From assembly GCA_016700015.1 (NCBI GenBank), contig CP064995.1:300001-332000 (forward strand): a stretch of DNA of 32,000 nt, in the 5' to 3' direction. Source of the DNA: Candidatus Saccharimonadota bacterium. GTDB taxonomy: Bacteria > Patescibacteriota > Saccharimonadia > Saccharimonadales > Saccharimonadaceae. Below are positions 8,586 to 19,210 of this stretch, piece after piece. Each line of letters opens with the position of its first letter. The first letter of the stretch is position 1. A program made the translations under genes and the position numbers. The notes under the pieces were generated by a model, which was not told the DNA's origin, did not search any database, and saw only the letters and a list, made by a program, of their open reading frames with translations.

Positions 8586-11051
8586 ATGCCAGACGATTTT
8601 GCAGATTTTATTTCACATCTTACCGAGAACGCTAAGCTGAGCGTGCAGCACGCTGATGCGATTGCTCGTGGTAATGGCAGTGCGTATATAGGTACAGAAC
8701 ACCTATTGCTTGGATTATTGGCGCAGGGGAGTAGCATGGGCGCAAAAGTATTGGCTGATGCAGGAGTTACGCTGCCGCGCGCTGAGCAGGCTCTAGGGCT
8801 TGAGCCGCAGCAGGTCGTCGTTAGTACGGGTGCGGTAGGGCTAAGTGAGACAGCTCTACTGACACTACGTATGGGGTGGGAAGTCGCGAAAGAGTACAAC
8901 CAAGACTTCTTGGGCACTGAGCATATTCTATATAGTCTGCTTCGACAAAGTAATGCACGCGCCACTACTTTGTTAAGAGAATTAGGAGTGGACGTGGATG
9001 ACGCTATGAGCGAAATTGAGAGCTATCTCGATCGTACGCGCGGCGAACATGGGGATGTTGCAACCGAGCCCAAGCAGCGCACTGTGCGTGGCGGCGCGCT
9101 AACTACATTTGGCATTGACCTAACATCAAAGGCCAGTGCGGGAGAGCTCGACCCGATGATAGGTCGCGCTAAAGAGTTAGAGCGCATGATTACTATTTTG
9201 AGTCGACGTACTAAAAATAACCCAGTATTGATTGGTGAACCTGGCGTCGGAAAAACAGCAATTGTAGAGGGCCTGGCGCAGCGAATCGTGCAAGAGCAGG
9301 TGCCCGATCATTTACTTGACCGTCGTGTGATTATGCTCGATATGGCAGCGATGATCGCCGGAACGAAATATCGTGGTGAGTTTGAAGACAGGCTAAAAAA
9401 AGTTATTAGCGAGATTAAGAAACAAGGTAACATTATCGTATTTATCGATGAGCTCCATTTGCTTGTGGGAGCCGGGGCAGCCGAGGGTAGTATGGACGCC
9501 GCCAATATCCTAAAGCCGGCGCTTGCACGAGGCGAACTGCATATGATCGGCGCTACGACACTTGACGAATATCGTAGGCACATAGAGAAAGATACGGCAT
9601 TAGAGCGTCGTTTCCAAACGATTATCGTTAAGGAACCGACCACGAAAGACACAATTGCTATATTGAAAGGTTTGAAGGTTTACTACGAGAAGCACCATGG
9701 TGTCAGTATGAGTGACGATGTACTCGAAAGTGCTGTCTATATGAGTGATCGCTACATCGCCGATCGGTTTATGCCAGATAAAGCGATTGATGTGATTGAT
9801 GAAGCAGCGGCGAGAGTGCGAGTTCGAGTAGGGCACCGCCCGAGTCGCCAACGTGAGCTCCTGAAAGAACTCAAAGGCCTCAATGAGAGAATGGATGATG
9901 CCGTGGCAAGCGAGGACTACGAGCGAGCAGCGCTCTATAAGCAGCGTGTCAGTCAGATTAATGCCAAGCTAGAGGCTGAGCGAGAAGCGATGGAAAGTAA
10001 GGTGCCAATTGCGCTGACCGAAGATGATATCGCCCATGCAATCGCAATCATGACACACGTGCCGGTCGAGAAGGTGCAAACCAGTGAAGCGCGTTTACTT
10101 AAATCGCTCGAGAAACACCTTGGCAAGTATATTATTGGTCAACAGGAAGCAGTAGAAAGGGTAGCGAAGGCAATTCGTCGTACCAGGAGCGGTATTGCCA
10201 GCCAGAAGCGTCCGATAGGTAGCTTTGTGTTTATGGGACCAACCGGAGTTGGCAAGACTGAGCTCGCGAGAGTGCTTGCACGAGAAGTGTTTGGCAGCGA
10301 CGAGGCACTCATTAAAATCGATATGAGTGAATTTAGCGAACGCCACACCACCAGCCGTTTGGTCGGTGCTCCAGCGGGCTATGTTGGCTACGAAGATGGT
10401 GGTAAGCTTACTGACAAAGTACGTCGTCAGCCTTACAGTGTGGTGTTGTTCGACGAAATTGAAAAAGCTCACCCCGATGTGTTCCAACTACTACTGCAAC
10501 TACTCGAAGACGGTCAACTCACAGACGCAAAAGGCCGGGTGGTGAGTTTTCGCAATACGATCATTATCCTTACCAGTAACCTAGGTGCTGATAAAATGAT
10601 GAGAGAAAGTGCCCTTGGGTTCCAAGCAGATACGTCGAAGAAGCAAGTGAACGACCTACACCAGAGAAACGCTAGCTACGCGCGTGAAGCACTCGACAAA
10701 TTCATGCGACCCGAGCTTATCAATCGCTTTGACGGTATTGTAACCTTCCGTGCTCTGACGCGACAAGAGGTGGGCAAAATATTCGATCTCCTTGTTGGTG
10801 AAATCCGTATGCGCTTAGTGCGCCAAGGGTTGGGGCTCGTAGTAAGGCCACATGCAAAATCCTACCTTATCAACAGGGGCTACAGTGCGAAGTTTGGTGC
10901 TCGCGCGCTGCGTCGTGTTATAGAGGATGAACTAGAGCATCTTATTGCCGAAGGAATCTTAGGCGGAAACTATGAAAAAGGCGCTATACTGGAAGTAAGT
11001 ACGCGGGAAGGGGCACTCTATATTGAACAACGAATCGAAGCAACCACCTAA
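8586..11051 (+). CDS. clpC: ATP-dependent Clp protease ATP-binding subunit ClpC
   Basis: 821 aa with Clp_N repeats ([22 protein letters not shown]), Walker A sites GEPGVGKT and GPTGVGKT, Walker B sites FIDELH and LFDEIEKAH, and a UVR-like linker ([12 protein letters not shown]). Confidence 0.93.
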   Translation: MPDDFADFISHLTENAKLSVQHADAIARGNGSAYIGTEHLLLGLLAQGSSMGAKVLADAGVTLPRAEQALGLEPQQVVVSTGAVGLSETALLTLRMGWEVAKEYNQDFLGTEHILYSLLRQSNARATTLLRELGVDVDDAMSEIESYLDRTRGEHGDVATEPKQRTVRGGALTTFGIDLTSKASAGELDPMIGRAKELERMITILSRRTKNNPVLIGEPGVGKTAIVEGLAQRIVQEQVPDHLLDRRVIMLDMAAMIAGTKYRGEFEDRLKKVISEIKKQGNIIVFIDELHLLVGAGAAEGSMDAANILKPALARGELHMIGATTLDEYRRHIEKDTALERRFQTIIVKEPTTKDTIAILKGLKVYYEKHHGVSMSDDVLESAVYMSDRYIADRFMPDKAIDVIDEAAARVRVRVGHRPSRQRELLKELKGLNERMDDAVASEDYERAALYKQRVSQINAKLEAEREAMESKVPIALTEDDIAHAIAIMTHVPVEKVQTSEARLLKSLEKHLGKYIIGQQEAVERVAKAIRRTRSGIASQKRPIGSFVFMGPTGVGKTELARVLAREVFGSDEALIKIDMSEFSERHTTSRLVGAPAGYVGYEDGGKLTDKVRRQPYSVVLFDEIEKAHPDVFQLLLQLLEDGQLTDAKGRVVSFRNTIIILTSNLGADKMMRESALGFQADTSKKQVNDLHQRNASYAREALDKFMRPELINRFDGIVTFRALTRQEVGKIFDLLVGEIRMRLVRQGLGLVVRPHAKSYLINRGYSAKFGARALRRVIEDELEHLIAEGILGGNYEKGAILEVSTREGALYIEQRIEATT

Positions 11052-12030
11052 GTCGACCCACCAAGTGCGCCGTGCACTCATACTGTTGGTGGTAACATTG
11101 GCGATTAGTGCCTTTCTTATTCTTTACGGCCAGCGCGGCGTCGATATCGTACTTTCGCGCCTGTATCAGCCATCACCACAGATCGCGGATATTAACGCAC
11201 GGCTTGCTATGACGCACCTCGGCACTGATTTGTTTTACGCTAGTGCACCGAAAATTGAAGATAAAACTCAGTTTAACGCTAGCTGCGAAACCGAGGAAAG
11301 GACAATAGCAATTCTTGGCTGCTATTTCCGACGGCATATTTATTTGTTTGACGTAAAGAATAAAGAATTAGATGGCACGCTCGAAGTGACGGCTGCACAT
11401 GAAATGCTGCACGCGGCGTATGAACGGCTTAATTTCTTCGAACGGACACGAGTTAATAGTTTAATAGAGGCGGAATACGCTACACTGCAAGACAGCCCAT
11501 CGCTGAAGCAAGTGATGGCGTACTATGCAAAATCAGAGCCGGGTGAGGAAATTAACGAACTTCACTCTTTGCTTGGTACGACAGTCGTGCACCTTTCGCC
11601 GGAGCTTGAAGCCTACTATTCACAATACTTTAAAGATCGTGCGAGTGTTGTCGCTCTCAATGCTAAATACAACGCTGTTTTTGACAGCTTGAGGAAAAAG
11701 TCCGATGAGCTGCAAAAACAATTGGTCGCACTGCGTGCTCCGCTCGAATCCGATCTTGACCAGTACGAGTCAGATCGTGAGCAAATAGAACTAGACATAG
11801 CGTCATTCAATGAACGTGCAAAGACAAATGGCTTTCCTTCGCAGTCTAGTTTCACAGTAGCTCGAAACTCGCTCATTATGCGAGTTGAAACTATGAATAC
11901 TCGGCAGGCTGATATTAATCAGAGGGTAAAAGATTTCAATACCATTGTCGAGCAAATAAATGCGCTCGCAGTGCGTGCGAATGAGCTTAGTAGTAGCATT
12001 AATGGTGCCACGACCACGAAGGGGCTATAG
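11023..12030 (+). CDS. membrane-anchored HExxH protein with C-terminal coiled coil (putative metallopeptidase)
   Basis: TTG start overlaps the clpC end by 29 nt; an alternative GTG lies at 11065. It has an N-terminal TM (ALILLVVTLAISAFLILY), the motif TAAHEMLHAAY and a heptad-rich tail. Confidence 0.65.
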   Translation: MNNESKQPPKSTHQVRRALILLVVTLAISAFLILYGQRGVDIVLSRLYQPSPQIADINARLAMTHLGTDLFYASAPKIEDKTQFNASCETEERTIAILGCYFRRHIYLFDVKNKELDGTLEVTAAHEMLHAAYERLNFFERTRVNSLIEAEYATLQDSPSLKQVMAYYAKSEPGEEINELHSLLGTTVVHLSPELEAYYSQYFKDRASVVALNAKYNAVFDSLRKKSDELQKQLVALRAPLESDLDQYESDREQIELDIASFNERAKTNGFPSQSSFTVARNSLIMRVETMNTRQADINQRVKDFNTIVEQINALAVRANELSSSINGATTTKGL

Positions 12031-13382
12031 TGGCGAAAACACGATCCTCATTTGTCTGCCAAAATTGCGGTGCAAGTTACCCAAAATGGGTAGGTAAATG
12101 TGAAAACTGTGGAGAATGGAATTCGCTTGTAGAGCAGGCTGTTCAGTCAACTGGTAACTCTGCGGTGGCCCGCGGTGCTTATAGTGGTAAGGTACTCGCG
12201 GCTCAGTCTATGAAATCAATTCGCGCTGAAGATGAAATTCGACGCATGAGTACAGGCATGGTCGACCTTGATATTGTACTCGGCGGCGGCGTATTACCCG
12301 GCGGAGTAATTCTACTGGCAGGCCAGCCCGGTATCGGTAAAAGCACTCTCCTTATGCAGGTTGCGGGGACGGTTGCGGCCAACTATCCTGTGCTCTATGC
12401 TAGTGGCGAGGAATCAGCGAGTCAGGTAAAATTACGCGCTACTCGACTTGGTGCCGATGTAGATGATGATCTCGCGTTTGTGGCGAGCACTAGTGCTGAT
12501 GACATTGCTGCGACGATACGAAGCGGCAAATACAAGCTGGTTATTATCGATAGTATCCAGACGCTTAGCCTTGACGAAATTACAAGTGCTCCGGGCACTG
12601 TCAGCCAGATTACCAACTCTGCAAACGTTATCATACGCGCGGCCAAGGAAAGTAATGCCGCTGTCGTACTAGTGGGCCATGTTACAAAGGAGGGTAGTAT
12701 CGCCGGGCCAAAGGTACTCGAGCACTTGGTCGATGTGGTACTGCAGTTTGAGGGTGATCGCTATGGTGGCTTTAAAGTAGTGCGTGCTATTAAGAATCGC
12801 TACGGCAGTACTAGTGAGGCCGCAATTTTCGAAATGGTAGATGACGGATTAAGAATTGTCGAGAACCCTTCAGCAGCGTTGCTCGCTGAACGTCATGACA
12901 GTGACGGCTCGGTAGTGCTAGCGACGCTCGAAGGAAACCGACCTATTCTAGTAGAAATTCAAGCACTTGTCAATTCGACGAATTTCGGGTATCCTAAGAG
13001 GACGGCGAGTGGGTTTGATATAAACCGCCTCAATCTACTCATCGCGGTGCTCGAGAAGCGCACCAAACTGAATTTATCTGACAAAGACATCTATATCAAT
13101 GTCGTTGGTGGGTTACGGCTTCAGGACCCGGCGGCTGACCTTGCCATTGCAATGGCTATTGCCAGCGCGGCTGCTGGGCGAAAGCTCGATACTGGGCTGG
13201 TGGTTTTTGGCGAAGTAGGGCTTGGGGGAGAAATTCGTAGCGTCAGCCATGTCGATCGCCGCGTGGCCGAGGCGAAAAAATTGGGCTTTACTAAAGCCCT
13301 CGCACCCGAACAGGGTAAAAATACATTTATCAAACCAGTGAGTGACCTCCGTCATGCACTTATCGACTATCTGAAAAGCTAG
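12030..13382 (+). CDS. radA: DNA repair protein RadA/Sms
   Basis: GTG start overlaps the upstream stop by 1 nt. It has a zinc finger (CQNCGASYPKWVGKCENCGEWNS), Walker A (GQPGIGKST), the KNRFG-type motif (AIKNRYGSTSE) and a Lon-like C-terminal domain. Confidence 0.93.
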   Translation: MAKTRSSFVCQNCGASYPKWVGKCENCGEWNSLVEQAVQSTGNSAVARGAYSGKVLAAQSMKSIRAEDEIRRMSTGMVDLDIVLGGGVLPGGVILLAGQPGIGKSTLLMQVAGTVAANYPVLYASGEESASQVKLRATRLGADVDDDLAFVASTSADDIAATIRSGKYKLVIIDSIQTLSLDEITSAPGTVSQITNSANVIIRAAKESNAAVVLVGHVTKEGSIAGPKVLEHLVDVVLQFEGDRYGGFKVVRAIKNRYGSTSEAAIFEMVDDGLRIVENPSAALLAERHDSDGSVVLATLEGNRPILVEIQALVNSTNFGYPKRTASGFDINRLNLLIAVLEKRTKLNLSDKDIYINVVGGLRLQDPAADLAIAMAIASAAAGRKLDTGLVVFGEVGLGGEIRSVSHVDRRVAEAKKLGFTKALAPEQGKNTFIKPVSDLRHALIDYLKS

Positions 13383-13399
13383 TCAAAAAGGAAATTATT

Positions 13400-14353
13400 A
13401 TGGAAACAAAAGATTTGGCTTTACTTGCAGTCACATTACTCATCTTGGGCGAAGTGTCTTACTTGCTGGCAAAGCTTCCAAAGACAAGTAACAAATTTAA
13501 AGGCCGCTCTGTGCTTGTCGATACGTCGGTATTAATGGACGGACGAATAGTATCAATTGCGGCGACCGGATTTATTGGGGGTACGCTTATCATACCTAGG
13601 AGTGTCGTTGGTGAGCTTCAGTTTCTTGCCGATAACGCTGATGCCGACAAACGTGCTCGGGCGCGTGCCGGGCTCGATGTTGTGACTGAACTTCAGAAAA
13701 TGCCAGGTGTCGACGTGGAGTTACTGCAAGACGGCAGCAAGGCACAAGAAGGCGTCGACGAACGACTGTTAAAGCTTGCCAAACAATATACCGCAGCGAT
13801 TTGTACCATTGACTACAACCTCAACAAGGTTGCGGCTGTTGAGAATATACAGGTACTCAATATCAATGAACTGGCGCAGAGTATGCGCATGAGCTACCTA
13901 CCTGGCGAGCAAATGATGGTTGAACTTGCGCAAAAGGGCCAGGATTCACACCAGGGCGTGGGCTATTTGGCTGACGGCACTATGGTAGTTGTCGAGCAGG
14001 CTAGTGGTCAGATTGGCCAGCAGGTTCATGTCGAAGTGGTACGAAGCTTGCAAACCGCTGCTGGCCGTATGATGTTTGCGCGAAAAGTGTCTGCCAAGCC
14101 ACCTGAAACGCGAGGTTCCAGCCCATTGTCGACGGCCAGACAGTCACCGCGTAAATCTCATGCCATCTCACGTCCTCAGAGCAACCGTGCTAGCCAACTA
14201 TCGACCACGCATCAGCAAGATGAATCGCGACTCCGTACTCAGAATGTACGCAAAAGCACAACAGCTCCCGCAAAATCATATGCTCGCAGGCAGCGTCCGG
14301 TGCAAAGCGGGGCTCAACGAGAAGCGGCATTTGTTGAACTAGCGAATAAATAA
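13400..14353 (+). CDS. PIN and TRAM domain protein (YacL-like) with Ser/Arg/Gln-rich tail
   Basis: N-terminal TM, a PIN core (VLVDTSVLMDGRI ... ICTIDYNLNKVA) and a TRAM-like segment (GVGYLADGTMVVVEQA...VHVEVVRSLQTAAGRMMFAR). It sits after radA, as in Firmicutes. Confidence 0.8.
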   Translation: METKDLALLAVTLLILGEVSYLLAKLPKTSNKFKGRSVLVDTSVLMDGRIVSIAATGFIGGTLIIPRSVVGELQFLADNADADKRARARAGLDVVTELQKMPGVDVELLQDGSKAQEGVDERLLKLAKQYTAAICTIDYNLNKVAAVENIQVLNINELAQSMRMSYLPGEQMMVELAQKGQDSHQGVGYLADGTMVVVEQASGQIGQQVHVEVVRSLQTAAGRMMFARKVSAKPPETRGSSPLSTARQSPRKSHAISRPQSNRASQLSTTHQQDESRLRTQNVRKSTTAPAKSYARRQRPVQSGAQREAAFVELANK

Positions 14354-14361
14354 ACCGCTAG

Positions 14362-16983
14362 TTACTTGGGCGTATAGGACAGTTGGTTGCTCGGCGCACT
14401 GTAATAACCGGCGTCGGTTATTGTAGCACCGAGTGTACAACTTGTGGAAACGCTCGATAAATCAATGACGTTATCGCCGCTCACAGGTGTGATTGTAGAT
14501 ACAACTTGACTACCACAAGTGACAGTTAATGTTTGAAGATTGAATTTGCCGCCACTTGTTGTCGTGACGATTGCCGTGTGCTTTTTCTGATCAACAGAAC
14601 TAATTGATGCCGTCGGCAGCGGATCGCCACAGGCGTGACTGTCATCATCCTTTGTCGGATCGTAGCCGTCGGGCGCCGATACAACAACCTGTTTAGTGAA
14701 GGGATCGTTGCTTTTTGTCACGCCTACTTCTATCTTGGCGCCGTCGGGAGTACAACTAGTAGCTTTCTTCTTTGATACTTTATCGAAAACCATCTTATCA
14801 TTGGTTATGCCTGTCGATTTATTATAGTAGGACGGATAAACTTCACCACCAATACGCTGGATGCCGGCAGGTGCGCTAAACCACGACATATCGATTCCAG
14901 CCTCCTTATACTTTTGTAGAGTATAGGCCATTACTGGGTCTAGAACACGCGCAGGGATCGATGAATTGCCGTTGGCAAGCGGCGAGGTGTCGGGGTTGCC
15001 CAGCCATACACTCATAGAGATTTGCGGTGTATAGCCGACGGTCCAAATGTCCTTAGGTTTACGGTCTTTATCTGACGTACCGGTTTTGATTGCAATTTTA
15101 TACCCAGCTGCTTCACTAATGGGGATAATTGTTCGACCGAAGAGCAAGTTGCGTGAGTTGCCGTCGCCGAGGATGTCACTTACCACGTAAGCTGCTTGAG
15201 GGTCAATCACTTGTTTCGTCTCACTTTTGTATTTTTTTAGTACTTCACCAGTACTACTGCGCACTTCTAAGATTGTGCTGGTAGGCATGTAGACGCCCAT
15301 ACGGCCGAGTGACGCAAGTGCATTGGTGTGATCAATCATGCGTGTACCACAACCACCAATTGCGCTTGACAGCCCAGCTTGGGCATCTGCACCTTGCGTG
15401 CAGTAATAGGTATTGCCGAGATCACGAATAGTTTTCCAAGCCGCATCTTTACCTACCACCGCCATCGCCTTAATGGCAGGGATGTTACGCGACATGTCGA
15501 GCGCTTTTCGGATATTGATATTGCCTTTGAAACCACCATCAGCATTATTGGGCTTCCAGTTATACTCAAAGGTAGTAGGGGTGTCTGCAAGAACCGAACC
15601 GCTGCCGAAGTTTAATTTACCCTCACCTTGATTCTGGAACAGCTGTGCGTAGACAAATGGCTTTATTGATGAGCCTGGCTGAATAAAGGCAACTGCTGCA
15701 TTGTCTTGGCCGAAGCCCTCGTAGTTGTAGTCACGACTCCCTAAGAGCCCAATGATTTGGCCAGTTTTTACGTCTTCCACAACAGCCGCACCATTAGTGA
15801 AACCTGCATAGCCTGGCCAGTAAGAGCTAAACATAGCATTCATTTGCTCCTCAAGCTTGGCCTGTACATCGAGGTCGAGCGTGGTTTTGACGATAAGTCC
15901 GCCATTGCCGACGACTGTCTTGCCTAGAGATTTTTCGAGCTGTGAGCGAACCATCAGTACAAAGTGGGGCGCTTTGATGCCGGCTAACTGATCGGTCCGC
16001 GGTTGGACGGTATCAAGGATAGCTACCTTTTTCGCCTCGTCAGCCTGCACTTGCTTGATATAGCCCATCTCAACCATATTATCGAGTGTTTTGTGCTGGC
16101 GTGCCAACAATGCCTCATGTCCGTCGATATTGTATGGATCGTAAAGGCCTGGCTGATTGGGGATTGCGGCGAGCAAGGCCGCTTCTGCTAGTGTGAGGTC
16201 TTTAGCGGTTTTGCCAAAATAAGCTTGCGCCGCCGATTCAACACCATTACGCCGCCCTCCATAAGGCGATTCATTTAGATAGAGATTTATGATTTGTTCT
16301 TTGCTGTACATACGCTCTACTTCAATAGCCAAAATCATTTCTTTTATTTTGCGGGGGATACCTGCAAGACCACGTTGCTGAGCCTCTTCCTTGGGGAAAA
16401 AGACTTGCTTTACTAACTGCTGAGTAAGAGTGGAGCCACCTTGTGTACTATTGCCCTGCGCATTGCTAAGCACGGCTCGCACAAGTCCGGTAGGGCTGAC
16501 GCCGCCGTGCTTATAAAAATCTTTGTCCTCGATAGCGACAGTTGCCTGTTTCATGTAGGGACTGATTTTGTCGCCATCAACAACGAGCGTGTAGTCGCCA
16601 TCGCCCTTATCTTCCCATAAGAGCTTATCATTGCGGTCATAGTATCGTGTGACTGTAGTTTTTACACGCTGTGCAAGTGTGCCGGGGCGAATAGCATCGA
16701 GGTCTTTGCGATAGTAGGCGAATAGCGCAAGGCTAAGAAGCAGCAAAATGAGCAGGAATGCCGCAATACCTTTGAGGAGTGCGAACAAACCCTTCTTACT
16801 AAACCAGAACTGAGCGACACGTCGTGGATGCATACGATATACCAGCCGTTTGAGCGGATGTTTTGGGAGACTAGCAAGATACTCCGCTTTTTTGCGAGCC
16901 TTTACATCTTTCTTGCTGCGACGTTTAGATGCCAAGTTCGCATACACACTGACAGCTCGTGCCGGTTTTTTTGCTTTAACCAC
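14362..16983 (-). CDS. class A penicillin-binding protein (glycosyltransferase + transpeptidase)
   Basis: 873 aa with a GTG start. GT51 motifs are EDKDFYKHGG, GGSTLTQQL and RKIKE. Transpeptidase motifs are SSIKPF (SxxK) and KTGTS (KTG). It has an N-terminal TM and a Cys-containing C-terminal extension. Confidence 0.92.
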   Translation of the reverse strand: MVKAKKPARAVSVYANLASKRRSKKDVKARKKAEYLASLPKHPLKRLVYRMHPRRVAQFWFSKKGLFALLKGIAAFLLILLLLSLALFAYYRKDLDAIRPGTLAQRVKTTVTRYYDRNDKLLWEDKGDGDYTLVVDGDKISPYMKQATVAIEDKDFYKHGGVSPTGLVRAVLSNAQGNSTQGGSTLTQQLVKQVFFPKEEAQQRGLAGIPRKIKEMILAIEVERMYSKEQIINLYLNESPYGGRRNGVESAAQAYFGKTAKDLTLAEAALLAAIPNQPGLYDPYNIDGHEALLARQHKTLDNMVEMGYIKQVQADEAKKVAILDTVQPRTDQLAGIKAPHFVLMVRSQLEKSLGKTVVGNGGLIVKTTLDLDVQAKLEEQMNAMFSSYWPGYAGFTNGAAVVEDVKTGQIIGLLGSRDYNYEGFGQDNAAVAFIQPGSSIKPFVYAQLFQNQGEGKLNFGSGSVLADTPTTFEYNWKPNNADGGFKGNINIRKALDMSRNIPAIKAMAVVGKDAAWKTIRDLGNTYYCTQGADAQAGLSSAIGGCGTRMIDHTNALASLGRMGVYMPTSTILEVRSSTGEVLKKYKSETKQVIDPQAAYVVSDILGDGNSRNLLFGRTIIPISEAAGYKIAIKTGTSDKDRKPKDIWTVGYTPQISMSVWLGNPDTSPLANGNSSIPARVLDPVMAYTLQKYKEAGIDMSWFSAPAGIQRIGGEVYPSYYNKSTGITNDKMVFDKVSKKKATSCTPDGAKIEVGVTKSNDPFTKQVVVSAPDGYDPTKDDDSHACGDPLPTASISSVDQKKHTAIVTTTSGGKFNLQTLTVTCGSQVVSTITPVSGDNVIDLSSVSTSCTLGATITDAGYYSAPSNQLSYTPK

Positions 16984-17099
16984 GTAACTCTCTTCCCATA
17001 AGCAATATTAGTTTTTATTATAGCACTCGCACGCCAGTGCGATAAAGTATATTTTGTGCTACTATTTGACCAGAAGAAACAAGAAAGGAGAGTTTCACT

Positions 17100-18308
17100 A
17101 TGACGCTATCTGAAGAACTAGCGTGGCGTGGCTTTGTCAATCAAACGACATTTACCGATATCACTGAACTAGATAAAGAGACTCGGACTTTCTATTACGG
17201 TGTTGATCCAAGCGCATCGAGTATGCATATTGGTAACTTGGCGGGTGTGATGCTCGTCAAGCACCTTGTTAATTATGGATACAAGGCTATTGTACTAGTG
17301 GGTGGCGCAACTGGTATGATTGGCGACCCAAAACAAGACGTGGAACGTGACTTGAAAACACTGGAAGAAATTGACTTCAATAAAAAAGGCATTGCTGCTG
17401 ACTTTCGGCGAGTTTTAGCCGACGGCTCATTTGATCTTGTCGATAACTATGACTGGTTTAAAGAGATTCATTACTTGGACTTTCTTAGAGACATTGGCAA
17501 ACATTTCAGTATGACACAGCTTCTTAGTCGCGAATTTGTAAAAGCTCGTATAGGCGAAGATAGTAGTGGTATTAGCTATGCGGAATTTAGTTACGGGTTA
17601 ATCCAGGGCTACGATTTTCTTCATTTGTATCGTACGAACAATGCTACTCTGCAAATAGGCGGTAGCGATCAATGGGGCAATATGGTTAGTGGCACCCAAA
17701 TGATTAAAAGACTAGACGGTGCAGATACTCATGTTATGACCGTTCCGCTTATTATCGATAAATCGACCGGCAAGAAATTTGGCAAAAGTGAAGGTAACGC
17801 AGTTTGGCTCGACCCTGCCAAGACAAGTCCATACAAGTTTTACCAATTTTGGCTCAATTGCGACGACGCGACCAGTGAAACTCTCGTAAAAATTTACACC
17901 ATGCTTGAGCGTGATTCTGTCGAGCGACTCATAGCTGCACATAGAAAGAGCCCGGGTTCTCGTGAGCTTCAACGCACCCTGGCACGTGAAGTGACCGATC
18001 TTGTGCATGGAAGAGACCGACGCGAGTCAGTCGAGAATGTGACTGAAAGTTTATTTGGTGCTCGCCCCGTAACAGAGCTAAGCAGCGAAGATTTGGATAC
18101 ACTTGCCGCTGAAATACCAACTGTTGCAGCTACTACGGTTGTTGGTGCACTTGTTGACGCAGGAGTTTGTGCAAGTAACGGTGAAGCCAAGCGACTTATT
18201 GCGGGCGGGGCTGTTGCAATAAATGGTCAAAAAATTACTGAAGACCAGGAAATAAAAGATTTGAGTTTAGTCAAAAAAGGTAAAAATAGTTTCGTCCTAG
18301 TGCGATAA
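17100..18308 (+). CDS. tyrS: tyrosine--tRNA ligase
   Basis: HIGH-type motif (SMHIGNL), KMSKS-type motif (KFGKS) and a C-terminal S4 domain (KRLIAGGAVAINGQK). AAAGGAGAG SD. The upstream -10 is TACTAT at 17060..17065, preceded by TGc. Confidence 0.93.
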   Translation: MTLSEELAWRGFVNQTTFTDITELDKETRTFYYGVDPSASSMHIGNLAGVMLVKHLVNYGYKAIVLVGGATGMIGDPKQDVERDLKTLEEIDFNKKGIAADFRRVLADGSFDLVDNYDWFKEIHYLDFLRDIGKHFSMTQLLSREFVKARIGEDSSGISYAEFSYGLIQGYDFLHLYRTNNATLQIGGSDQWGNMVSGTQMIKRLDGADTHVMTVPLIIDKSTGKKFGKSEGNAVWLDPAKTSPYKFYQFWLNCDDATSETLVKIYTMLERDSVERLIAAHRKSPGSRELQRTLAREVTDLVHGRDRRESVENVTESLFGARPVTELSSEDLDTLAAEIPTVAATTVVGALVDAGVCASNGEAKRLIAGGAVAINGQKITEDQEIKDLSLVKKGKNSFVLVR

Positions 18309-18319
18309 AGGAGTATACA

Positions 18320-18406
18320 ATGGCAGAGTCACTTATTGCGTACGACCCATGTGCATTCGATGCCGTAGAAGCGGCAAGGCAAACCGAAGACGTAAAAGAG
18401 CCATAA
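18320..18406 (+). CDS. candidate micro-ORF, 28 codons (MAESLIAYDPCAFDAVEAARQTEDVKEP)
   Basis: AAGGAG (18308..18313) overlaps the tyrS stop and lies 6 nt before the ATG. The micro-ORF's own TAA is embedded in the next gene's SD (TAAGGAG). Too short for compositional support. Confidence 0.35.
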   Translation: MAESLIAYDPCAFDAVEAARQTEDVKEP

Positions 18407-18414
18407 GGAGAAAT

Positions 18415-19176
18415 ATGAAAAAAGTTATTGCCTTTGATGTTGATGACACACTTGTCAAATCCAAAAACCCCATGACAACAGAGATGCGCGATTTAGTCGC
18501 AAAACTTCTGGCGCATTACGAAGTTGCCATTATTTCCGGTAGTCGGTTTGAAGTATTTGAAGTCAATATTATCGATCCGTTACGTGAGACATCGGCACAC
18601 TTGCTTGACCACTTGCATATACTACCGACCTGCGGTACTCGCTACTATACACATGACTTAGAAGTAAACACGTGGGATATAGTGTATGCTGAAGACTTTA
18701 CCGAAGAGGAGAAGAGACACATTATTGAAGTGTCAGAGCGGCTTGCAAAGGAATCTGGCCTATGGCCCGAGAAGCCATGGGGAGAGGTCATTGAAGATCG
18801 CCTAAGTCAAATTGCCATCTCGATGCTTGGGCAAAAAGCACCCGCAGAAGCAAAATACGAGTGGTATCAGGCGCACAACGAAGACGCAATTCGTTTGCGT
18901 AATGCGATAGCCGAAGCGCTACCGGGATATGAAGTACGTAACGGTGGCACAACAACCATTGACATTACTCCAATCGGCGTCGACAAGGCCTATGGTATGC
19001 AAAAGCTAATTGAACAACTAGGCGTTATGAAAGAAGAGGTGTTGTTTATTGGCGACCGACTCGAAAAGGGCGGTAATGACTATCCTGTCAAAGCTATGGG
19101 TGTGGAGTGTATCGATGTCGATGGCTATCAAAGCACGCCATATGTAGTGCGGGGCATCCTGGGTGTAACTGACTAG
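18415..19176 (+). CDS. HAD-superfamily hydrolase, subfamily IIB (phosphomannomutase/Cof-like)
   Basis: Met23 of track ORF 18349..19176, after an AAGGAG SD. HAD motif I is FDVDDTL and motif IV is GDRLEKGGNDYP. Confidence 0.8.
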   Translation: MKKVIAFDVDDTLVKSKNPMTTEMRDLVAKLLAHYEVAIISGSRFEVFEVNIIDPLRETSAHLLDHLHILPTCGTRYYTHDLEVNTWDIVYAEDFTEEEKRHIIEVSERLAKESGLWPEKPWGEVIEDRLSQIAISMLGQKAPAEAKYEWYQAHNEDAIRLRNAIAEALPGYEVRNGGTTTIDITPIGVDKAYGMQKLIEQLGVMKEEVLFIGDRLEKGGNDYPVKAMGVECIDVDGYQSTPYVVRGILGVTD

Positions 19177-19193
19177 ACAAATACACAAATATC

Positions 19194-19202
19194 TGATATA
19201 AT
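19194..19202 (+). promoter_or_regulatory. extended -10 promoter TGaTATAAT, leaderless geometry
   Basis: TGATATAAT at 19194..19202, with 8 nt to the ATG at 19211 and no SD. Confidence 0.55.
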
Positions 19203-19210
19203 AAATAGAT

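Noticed and set aside
16984-17099. T-box riboswitch upstream of tyrS (and likewise upstream of hisS, 29652..29698)
   Set aside because: The leaders are only tens of nt long, far too short for a T-box, and I saw no specifier or T-box sequence.
18349-18414. ATG 18349 as the HAD gene start
   Set aside because: The extension is an Arg/Lys-rich junk frame. An AAGGAG SD precedes ATG 18415, and HAD motif I follows immediately.
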